Of a stretch of 64,000 nucleotides of DNA, positions 54,171 to 64,000 are shown one piece after another. Numbering within the stretch: position 1 is the first letter of the stretch; every line of letters starts with the position of its first letter. Source of the DNA: Octopus vulgaris (Eukaryota); contig OX597822.1 in the NCBI GenBank assembly GCA_951406725.2, positions 45,384,001-45,448,000 of the forward strand. Direction: 5' to 3'. The notes below the pieces were generated by a model. It was not told where the DNA came from, ran no database searches, and saw only the letters and a list, made by a program, of their open reading frames with translations. The position numbers were made by a program, and so were the translations under genes.

Positions 54171-55020
54171 GATCTATGTACGTGTCTATCTGATATCGTA
54201 ACCCATAGATGTGTATTAATAGGACTCGTTAACTTTGTAGTAATGTATATGTGTCTATGTGAATGTTTGATATGTAGAGCAATGGATTTGTGTATCTACG
54301 TGACATCTTAAATATATAGAATGCGTGGCTTAGTGGTTAGTGTGTTGTACTCACGATCGTAAGATCGTGTGGCCAGCCACCTTGTTAGGAACTGGGACCC
54401 TAGCATTACATGCACAATTGTACATGTAGTGGATTATGAATCTTAGATTAAGATCATTGATAGTCCTCTTTATGTAAGACTGTAGGTGCTGTCATTTAAA
54501 GGAGAATGGTTGGAAACATCACAAATATTTCCATAATTTTCCCAAGTTGGTCCTTTTTATGAACGGCGTTCTACATTGATTTAGCGACGACATCATTTTG
54601 CACAGGACGGTAATACATTGATGACCTTTCGAGATTCCACTAAACATATATAGTGAGTTTTTTTTAGATATGCACTACAATCGACGTTTTCCCTCCCATT
54701 TCGGGAACTTAAGGTTTTCGCTGTCTGCTTTCTTCACAGCTATTTACCTGTTACCTTTTGCTCTTGGTTTGTATAATCATAATCTTTGAAATGTAACAAA
54801 TGTAAGAGTCAAGCTTACGCGAGAGGCGACACTTTTTATCAATATTAAACATCAGTGACAAGTTTTGGAGGAAACTTTGTCATATATAACCACTCTGTTT
54901 TATGAAAGGAAAGAGTAGATTTGCAACCAAAACAAAACAAGTGTGCAGTGAAATAATCCGCTTGGAAGATTCATCTCGAAAGAGCTATAGCTTCGGAAAG
55001 AGTTGTACTTTCAGTTACAA

Positions 55021-55392
55021 AGGCACATGCGTGACTATAGTAAGAAGCTTGCTTCCCAACCACATGGTTTAGGGTTCAGTCTCACTGCATGATACATTGA
55101 ACAATAGCCTCGGGCCTACCAAAGCCTTGTGAGTGGATTTGGTAGAGGGAAACTGAAAGAAGCCTATCGTATATGTGTGTGTATCTATGTGTCTTCACCA
55201 CCACTCGACAACCGATGTTGGTGTGTTTACGTCCTCGTAACTTAACGGTTCGGCAAAAAGAAACCGAATAGGAAGCAGGTTCAAGATAAATAAGTACTGG
55301 GGTCGATTCGTTCGACTAAAATTCTCCAAGACGTTGTCCCAGCATGACCGCAGTCTGACACATGACTGACACGTAAAAGATAAAATATAAAG
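55021..55392 (+). mobile_element. SINE family A
   Basis: AAGCTTGCTTCCCAACCACATGG...GTGAGTGGATTTGGTAG...CCAGCATGACCGCAGT. Confidence 0.85.
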
Positions 55393-55623
55393 AATATTTT
55401 ACCAGGTCTGTTTGAGACAGTCAACGTCTGCGACAAAGGAAGCTTGCACTTTTACCAAACAGTAATTCCAGCAACTATGAATGAAGAATCGAGTCAAATA
55501 CCTTTCCGTAATTAAGTCATTCAATTGTAATTGTAATGTTTCAGTTGTTTATTTTTTTCGTTTTGACTTCAGACAGCACAAGTTAATTAAGAGTTATACT
55601 GTATCCACCCTCATACACACACA

Positions 55624-55670
<47 letters not shown>

Positions 55671-55722
55671 TTCTTCCTACTCACACAGGAATTAGCTGTG
55701 ACGGCTTCTTTAAAGGTTATTA

Positions 55723-55915
55723 ATCTCTCTATATATAAAGCTGAAGTTGTCTGTGTATAGCAGATTTGGTAGCCTTCAACTAACACTATCTCCTCCGAGA
55801 CCCTGCGGCGCAAGTTGACCAAAATTGAGAGTATGATAGAAGAAGGCTTGGTCTTCCTTGTGTAGAAGAAAAATTTCAAATCGGGCCATGTTAACACCAA
55901 AAATTATTTACATCA
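55723..55915 (+). mobile_element. Helitron-like 5' end, truncated
   Basis: TCTCTCTATATATAAAGCTGAAGTTGTCTGTG resembles the 5' end of the 37520-38155 element; no CTAG end seen. Confidence 0.45.
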
Positions 55916-56055
55916 AAAATATCTTTCAACTTTTCTTTGTTCCTTATCGCATAACTTGTTGTCAGCTGGGCATGCTATATCTATGATCCAGCTTAGTTTG
56001 TTTTCTTTCTCAATTAAGACTATGACTGGCTTCCTATTCTCTATCTCATGGTCGC

Positions 56056-56058
<3 letters not shown>
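55913..56058 (-). pseudogene. R4/Dong-type restriction-like endonuclease fragment
   Basis: SDHEIENRKPVIVLIEKENKLSWIIDIACPADNKLCDKEQRKVERY. Confidence 0.75.
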
Positions 56059-56086
<28 letters not shown>

Positions 56087-56245
56087 GTTATTATTATATG
56101 TTTCACGTTTGCTTTGTACTGATACAAGTTGGTTCCAAGTCTCACCCAAAGACCTCAAGAGACAACAACTTAGAAATGTCATATATTTGGTTTGGCACAT
56201 AGTATTGTTCTAGAGAATGTTTAAGAAAACATAAAATTATTATTC

Positions 56246-56425
56246 CAGTTCTTTATTTAAGAGATGAGGAATTATGTACATTATTTACATTATTTAGATT
56301 TGACGGATATTTGTCCTTATCTTTGTTGTTAACACAGCGTTTCGGCTAATATACCCTCCAGCCTTCAGGTGTCATGGGGAAATTTCGAACCTGGATTCTC
56401 ATTCCTAAGGTATTTTCCGATGCTG
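56246..56425 (-). mobile_element. Partial copy of the TIR/tRNA/hammerhead composite element (TIR plus hammerhead half)
   Basis: Starts CAGTTCTTTATTTAAG; 56308-56425 aligns with 59809-59935; hammerhead at 56332-56372 with a 3-nt core deletion. Confidence 0.7.
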
Positions 56426-56431
56426 TTGTTG

Positions 56432-56501
<70 letters not shown>

Positions 56502-57047
56502 CACTCATTATAATCATCATCAATATCATTATCATCATAATCGACTGCGTTATTATCATTGTAACATTCCTGGCCCTCATTATCTCTGCAGTATGTTGCT
56601 TTAGCTTGACTACACCATTCATACATAACAACACACCATTCACAATTTTTTTTTTATTATTATTGAAAGTGGTTTCAATGGCTGAATTAGAAGCAGACGA
56701 TAAGTCTCCAATAGCTTTTCTTTTAAAAAAAATTATTTAGAAACAAGAAAATTAGATGTACAAATTGAAAGAAAATTATAAATTATACTATTAAACATGT
56801 TTACAGATTCAACAAATAAATTGAGAATTCCGAGATTGCTTCCAAATTTCTTGATTAACTCGGAAGAATTATCTATGGACAAATTTAAACGAGATTTCTT
56901 TTTTATAAATTGAGAAATATTATTTAAATCTGAGCTGAATAGGAGAAACATAATTGAAATATGATTTAACTTGTCTGTCTGTCTGTCTGTCTATTCAACC
57001 ATCTTTCTATCTTAAGTATGCAAGTATCAATTGATCTCTCTATCTCC

Positions 57048-57144
<97 letters not shown>

Positions 57145-57198
57145 AAGGGATAGCAAGAAAGAAGGATTTTGAATAGATACATACATACGTACATATAC

Positions 57199-57254
<56 letters not shown>

Positions 57255-57273
57255 GCATGTTTGTATGTATGTT

Positions 57274-57366
<93 letters not shown>

Positions 57367-57664
57367 CTTAATGAAGGTTATCCATTGGAAGTGCTCACCA
57401 CTGTGCAGTAATCTGAGTGGAAATGAATGAACTAGATAAGTGGCAATCCGTATTAGTTGCAGTTCTTATTAGTATTCACATGAAACTCCCTCTACTGTAT
57501 GATCCAGTAAACTTCTATACAACTGGTATAAGACTAGTCGATGATTCGTTTGACATGATCGAATGACCTTACGAATCGCATATACAACTTATCATCATAG
57601 GTTATCGAACGCAGAAACGTGTGTAACGAACGATATGAAGGAATACTAAAGTCATTCTTCAAGT

Positions 57665-57975
57665 TGTGGAGGCACATGGCCTAGTGGTTAGAGCAGCGGA
57701 CTCGCGGTCGAAGGATCACGGGTTCGAATCTCAGACCGGGCGATGTGTGAGTTTGTGAACGAAACACCTAAGCTCCACGCGGCTCCGACAGAAGGTAATG
57801 GCAAACTTCTGTTGATTATTTCGCCATGACTTTCTCTCACTCTTTCCTCCTGCATCTTGCAGCTCACATGCGACGGACCGGCGTCCTGTCCAGGTGGGGA
57901 ACCTATACGCCACGGAAACCGGAAAACCGACCCTTATGAGCCAGGCATGGCTCGACAAGGAACAAACAAAAACAA
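57665..57975 (+). mobile_element. SINE, head C with a distinct tail W
   Basis: TGTGGAGGCACATGGCCTAGTGGTTAGAGCAGCGGACTCGCGGTC...GGTTCGAATCTC; tail GCGACGGACCGGCGTCCTGTCCAGG...(AAAC)n. Confidence 0.85.
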
Positions 57976-58013
57976 AATTCTTCAAGTTGTTCTCTCATAA
58001 TAAATCAACACCA

Positions 58014-58170
58014 CAATCACAACCACCACCATCATAACAACTAACTGCAAAACCATAAATACTACCACCACAGCTATCACAACCACCATCACAACCATCA
58101 ATAGAAAAATGATATTGGCAACCACCAGGTTACAGAACCACACCAGATATCATGCACACACACACATACA
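58014..58170 (+). repeat. Local duplicate of about 61970-62130
   Basis: Shared AAAAATGATATT(G/A)GCAACC(A/G)CC(A/G)GGTTACAGAACCACACCAGAT(A/C)TCATGCACAC. Confidence 0.85.
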
Positions 58171-58509
58171 CATACAAAATGCATACACACACATAATAAA
58201 GCACACACGTATAAACATACACACACAAATATCTACTTGGTCACAGAGCGAAAGGACGACTATTTTATATAAATAATACATTTCTAAATCTCTCAGAGAG
58301 ATTTATACAGTAGCAGCACGATAAAGTGATGGTATGTTGTCAATTTAATGACACAGTCCCACGAAAGGGAAGAATGCTACTGTTATTTAGCCCTAGGAAA
58401 CACCTTTTCCTGTTGGCTTTGACACATTTCCTGTGTTCTTATGTTTTTAAAGGGGAAATAACTGTTTTATATGTTACTCTATTGGTTGCCCTTGGGGAAA
58501 ATGCATGAA

Positions 58510-58623
58510 CCCATTAAAGCCTGTTACTTATTCTATCGGTCTCTTTTGCCGAACTTACAAGTTACGGTTACGTAAACACACCAACACCGGTTGTCAGGTA
58601 GTGATGGGAGAGAAACACAGACA
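58510..58623 (-). mobile_element. SINE family A fragment, inverted sister of 59544-59655
   Basis: Shares the private variants TTAAAGCCTGTTACTT and GTTGTCAGG. Confidence 0.8.
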
Positions 58624-58908
58624 TGGACACACACATTCATACACACCCACATTCATACACACACACATACAAAAATATATACATACATACAAAAGCATAC
58701 ACACATATACAAAAGCACACGCGTATAAACATACATATACATACACACACACACACTCATACACACACATACATACAAAATACATACACACACATATTCA
58801 TACACACACACATGCAAAACACATACACACACACACTCATACACACACAGATACAAAAAACATGCACACACATACAAAAGCACACACGTATAAACATATA
58901 TACACACA

Positions 58909-58967
<59 letters not shown>

Positions 58968-59348
58968 AATAGCAAGTTTGTGTGCTGGCAGAATCGTTAG
59001 CTCCCCGTGCAAAATGTTTAGCTGCTGCAAAAGCGACAACAACAACAACACCAACAGCATTATCATGAAGTTATCAGCCATTTAACGTTCATGGCTGACA
59101 TCAAAGGTTGTTTCTGAAAAGACGTAGGGACTGGATTTCTTCGAAATTGTCCGTTGGAATGGTCATTGTTCAATGGTTAGTTGAATTCTTCATTGTGAGG
59201 ATGCGGCAAAGCCGTCATCCTGCTCTGTTCTTCGAGACTTCGTTGCAGAGTTCTGCATAATGGATGAGGCTTGTCAATAAATCTTACGACATGTCAACGT
59301 CAACCTTGGGTAACAACAACAAAAGTAACAGCATCGTAAACTACAACA

Positions 59349-59760
59349 GCAGGCGTGGCTGTGCGGTAAGGAGTTTGCTTCCCAACCACATGGTTTTCGG
59401 TTCAGTCCCGCTGCGTGGCACCTTGGGTAAGTATCTTCTACTATAGTCTCCAGCTGACCAAGGCCTTGTGAGTAGATTTGGTAGATGGAAACTGAAAGAA
59501 GCCCCTTGTGCGGTGTATATATGTGTGTGTGTGTGTGTCTTTGTGTCTGTGTTTGTCCCCCATCGCTGCCTGACAACCGGTGTTGGTGTGTTTACGTATC
59601 CGTAACGTGGAAGTTCGGCAAAAGAGACCGATAGAATAAGTAACAGGCTTTAAGGGGGGGAAAATAAGTAGAGGGGTCGATTCGTTGGACAAAATTTTTC
59701 AAGGCGGGGCCCCAGCCTGGTCGCAGTCTAATTACTGAAGCAAGAAAAAGATAAAAGACA
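59349..59760 (+). mobile_element. SINE family A, full length
   Basis: Complete head and tail. Confidence 0.9.
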
Positions 59761-59808
59761 AAAACAACATCAACAAGGGCAACCAATAGAATAACATGTA
59801 AAACCATT

Positions 59809-60094
59809 ATATTTGTCCTCATCTTGTTTGTTGTTAACACAACGTTTCAGATGATATACCCTCCAGCCTTCATCAGGTGTCTTGGGGAAATTTCGAACCT
59901 GGTTCTCATTCCTAAGGTATTTATTCGATGTTGTTGTTATTATTATTAAGGTCATTGCCTGGAATCGAACTCGGAATCTTGGGGTTAGTAACCCGCGCCC
60001 TTATCCACTACGCCATATGCCGTAGGCAATTATGGAGTAAATTTTAGGGTTTATAAATCTATTATTTTCCTATCCTTCCATAAATATAGAACTG
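59809..60094 (-). mobile_element. Composite element: TIR, tRNA-like Pol III head and hammerhead ribozyme
   Basis: Minus strand: TA-CAGTTCTATATTTA..., A box TGGCGTAGTGG (60015-60005), B box GAGTTCGATTCC (59972-59961), short AAT/AAC linker, then the hammerhead. Confidence 0.75.
59837..59880 (-). ncRNA. Minimal type I hammerhead ribozyme
   Basis: ACAC-CTGATGA-A-GGCTG-GAGGGTATAT-CATCT-GAAA-CG-TT-GTGT; helix II is fully paired (GGCTG/TAGCC) in the sister copy. Confidence 0.7.
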
Positions 60095-60211
60095 TATAAA
60101 ACAGTTGTCCTTTCGCCTCATGTCAGCTATGGTCAAGTAGATATTTGTGGTCAAAGCCTTCCCAGCTACGACCATCCCGTCTTTCTAGCTTCCCAGTTTA
60201 ACTAACTGGCA

Positions 60212-60531
60212 TTCCGTCGCTTACGACGATGGGGGCTCCAGATGATCCGGTCAACGGAACAGCCAGCTCGTGGACGTAATGAACAACTGGCTGAGTATTC
60301 CACAGACATGTGTACCCTTAATGTCGTTCTCAGGAGGATTCAGCGTGATAGAGAATGTGGGAAGGCTGGCCCCTTTGAATTACAGGTACAACTCACATTA
60401 GCCTGCTGAGAGATCTGGAGCAACGTAGATTAAAGTGTGTTGCTCAAGGACACAGCGCACCGCCGCAAATCGAACTCATGACCTTACTATCGTGAGCCGA
60501 ACACCTTAACCACTAAGCTGCGCGGCTTCAC
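60212..60531 (-). mobile_element. SINE, head D with tail X
   Basis: Reverse complement head GAAGCCGCGCAGCTTAGTGGTTAAGGTGTTCGGCTCACGATAG; tail GATCCGGTCAACGGAACAGCC. Confidence 0.8.
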
Positions 60532-61369
60532 TTTTCCCAGAATATTTTTACCATGAATATCGTTATAATCAGCGCCACCACCAACACCACAACAACAACC
60601 ACCACCACCACAACCATCGCAACAACAACAACCACCACCACCACAACCACAGCAACAGCAACAACAGCAACCACAACCTCAACCACTGCAACTACCGCCA
60701 CCATCACAACCACCGCAACTACCAACACCACCATAACTACCGCAATTACCACCACCACCACCACAACCACCGCAACAACAACAACCACCACTACAGCCAC
60801 CTCAACTACCACCACAGCAACAACAGCAACCACCTAAACCACCGCAACTACCGCCACCATCACAACCACCGCAACTACCAACACCACCACAACCACCGCA
60901 ATTACCACCACCACCACAACCACCGCAACAACAACAACCACCACCACAATCACCATCATATCTAGGATTTCATCACCTGCACAGCTCCCCTCTGCACCAC
61001 CTCCGCTAAACGTAGATCAACACTCATCCACACAAGTGCCGCTTAGAATATTGATAATTATCATCGCCACCATTTTTTAACACCACTGCCACCACCATCA
61101 CAATTGTCATAACTATCCTCGTCATTACACATCACCACTAATGGTTACGATGGCCAACAACACCGTGCCCACCACTAGCGACACCCTTACCAAAAATCCA
61201 GCAACACCTTCTACTCTACAGCACCAGCATCGCAACCATCACAATCACCACTACCACAACTACCATCACAACCACAACCACCAGCACCACAACCACCAAC
61301 ACCACATCCACCAACACCACAACCACCAACACCACATCCACCAACACCACAACCACCACAGCCAGCAGC

Positions 61370-61740
61370 TATTATATCAATACCATGTGATTCTGCATTT
61401 GCACCAAGTTCTTCTAGACGGCCGAGAGAACTGAGGGTGTGGGCATTGAAAGTGCTGAGTACCGTATGATTTTTACAGCTGAGGAGGTGTTTGTTTGGTG
61501 TTGTTTGATTGGGAGCTGACTCTTCTCCATCAGGTGATACCCGTCTGTTAAGATTGGGGGCATCACCGTCAATGGATGCCCTTGGAGGTGCAACGTGATC
61601 AGAGACAGGACCCGGCAAAGCAGGGGCTGGACCTACATCCGCAGGTATACCATTAGGTCTGGTTCCCTGGGGAAGAGGAACCCTGGTGCAGTTATTTGTA
61701 AATTCCATAGTCTTTTCAAATGGCTAATAATGTGTGCACG
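61370..61740 (-). pseudogene. RTE LINE 5' end (start of the AP-endonuclease), inverted
   Basis: HLLSCKNHTVLSTFNAHTLSSLGRLEELGANAESHGIDIIA matches the APE N-terminal TxNxxTL...DIIAxQE motif. Confidence 0.8.
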
Positions 61741-61744
61741 CGTC

Positions 61745-61934
61745 ACTACTACACACTCTTCTGGAAGCCATCTACTCGCAATACCAGAGGGCGCACACTC
61801 TCCTACCCTGATGGAATCTCCAGGGATACAGGCATCCAGCAACAGGACCTCCTTAATGCTATGATGGACCGTGAAGTCTGGCGTAGCATGGTAAATTCCA
61901 TTGTCTCGACCACGGTCGAACAATGATGATGATG
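61745..61934 (+). pseudogene. RTE LINE 3' end with (TGA)n tail
   Basis: LFWKPSTRNTRGRTLSYPDGISRDTG...AMMDREVWRSMV then stop, followed by TGATGATGATG. Confidence 0.8.
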
Positions 61935-62328
61935 ACAGCCACCAGCACTACAACCACCACAGTCACAATAATCACAACCACCACCACCATAACAAATAAC
62001 TCCAACACCATAAATACTACCCCACAGCCATCACACCCACCATCACCAACATCACCATCAATACAAAAATGATATTAGCAACCGCCGGGTTACAGAACCA
62101 CACCAGATCTCATGCACACACACACGCGCGCGTACAAATTACATACACATGCAAAAGCACATACGTATAAACATACATACACACACATATACACACACAT
62201 ATAAAAATCATACACGCACACACACATACAAAAGAACACACCTATTAACACACCTGTACACACACATACAAAAAACACACACACATTCAAAAATACACAC
62301 ATATAAACATACATATTCACACATACTC

Positions 62329-62732
62329 TCTTTTCTCATTTTACTTGTTTCAGTCATTTGACTGCGGCCATGCTGGAGCACCACCTTTAATCGAGCAACT
62401 CGACCCCGGGACTTATTCTTTGTAAGCCCAGTACTTATTCTATCGGTCTCTTTTTACCGAACCGCTAAGTGACGGGGACATAAACACACCAGCATCGGTT
62501 GTCAAGCAATGCTAGGGGGACAAACACAGACACACAAACACACACAAACATACATATATATATACATATATACGACGGGCTTCTTTCAGTTTCCGCCTAC
62601 CAAATCCACTCACAAGGCTTTGTTCGGCCCGAGGCTATAGTAGAAGACATTTGCCCAAGGTGCCACGCACTGGGACTGAACCCGGAACCATGTGGTTGGT
62701 AAACAAGCTACTTACCACATAGCCACTCCTGC
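62329..62732 (-). mobile_element. SINE family A, full length
   Basis: Reverse complement of the family A layout, with complete head and tail. Confidence 0.9.
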
Positions 62733-63374
62733 ATACAAAAGCACGCATACAAAAGCACACACGTACAAAAAATATACACACATACATACAAAAGCACACA
62801 CACATATAAACATACTTATAAACACATACACACAGATAAACACATACAAAAACATACACAAATACAAAAGCACGCACGTATAAACATATATATATATACA
62901 CATACACACACATACAAAAGATATATTCACACGCATACAAAACCACACCCGTATAAACATACACATACACACATACACACACATACAAAAGCACACATGT
63001 ATAAACATACATATACATACATACACACGGGCGCACATACAAATACACTCAGATAAACATACGCACACATACACACACGCATATTAACAATCGGATTTAC
63101 GAAAGACACACACATATAAACATACATACATAAGCACACACACACACACACAATCACACAGACACACAAATACAAACATACATAAACAGAGATAAACATG
63201 CACACACATACGTACACACATATATACACACATGCCTACTAACAATCACACACTGAGGCACACATACAAACACACGCACATAAACATACACACAGATATG
63301 CACACGCCGGCATACATATGCATATTAATACACACACAAAGGCATGCATACATAAACATACACACATACACTAC

Positions 63375-64000
63375 GGTACTCCGTCGGTTACGACGACGAG
63401 GGTTCCAGTTGATCCGATCAACGGAACAGCCTGTTCGTGAAATTAACGTGCAAGTGGCTGAGCACTCCACAGACACGTCTACCCTTAACGTACTGCTCAG
63501 GGAGATTCAGCGATGACACAGTGTGTGACAAGGCTGGCCCTTTGAAATACAGGGACAAAAGAAACAGGAAGAAAGAGTGAGAGAAACTTGTGGTGAATCA
63601 CCCGCTGCCGGAGCCTCGTGGAGCTTTAGGTGTTTTCGCTCAATAAACACTCAAAACGCCTGGTCTGGGAATCGAAATTTTGTGATCCTATGACCGCGAG
63701 CCCGCTGCCCTAATCACTGGCCCATTGTGCCTTCATAAGGAGCATTCCGTCGGTTACGATGACGAGGGTCCCTGTTGATCCGATCAACGGAACAGCCTGC
63801 TCGTGAAATTAACGTGCAAATAGCTGAGCACCCCACAGACACGTGTACCCTTAACGTAGTTCACGGGGAGATTCAGCGTAACACAGAGTGTGACAAGGTT
63901 GGTCCCTTTGAAATACAGGTACAACAGAAACAAGAAGAAAGAGTGAGTGGTGAAAGACTACAGCAGGGTTCACCACCACCCCCTGCTTGAGCCTCGTGGA
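63375..64000 (-). mobile_element. Two head-to-tail SINE copies (head C with tail X); the second runs off the window
   Basis: Units 63375-63735 and 63741-64000, homologous to 2960-3290. Confidence 0.88.

Noticed and set aside
57668-57742. Apparent tRNA gene (also the other A/B-box heads)
   Set aside because: It runs directly into a SINE body, and the copies are diverged; not a functional tRNA.

Overview
Eukaryotic, extremely repeat-dense intronic or intergenic DNA, most likely from an octopus. That assignment is an inference from the tRNA-derived SINE families and the saturation with (TA)n, (CA)n, (GATA)n, (TACA)n and (CAT)n microsatellites. I found no convincing host protein-coding exon, and almost all ORFs in the track are microsatellite read-through. 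Recognisable content: about 25 tRNA-headed SINE copies built from interchangeable head and tail modules; decayed RTE, restriction-like-endonuclease and Penelope (GIY-YIG) retroelements; a near-complete IR/DR Tc1 (DD34E) transposon; mariner relics; non-autonomous Helitron/Helentron elements; foldback MITEs; and minisatellites. The most notable observations are: (1) a composite element, reconstructed from two partial copies, that combines Tc1-like CAGTT terminal inverted repeats, a Pol III tRNA-like head and a minimal hammerhead ribozyme; (2) several further minimal hammerhead motifs; (3) a 61-bp inverted templated insertion copied from 5 kb away into one arm of a MITE; (4) a twin-priming-like RTE insertion; (5) a pre-miRNA-like hairpin in unique sequence. 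Coordinates were read by eye, and SINE/LINE boundaries are approximate.
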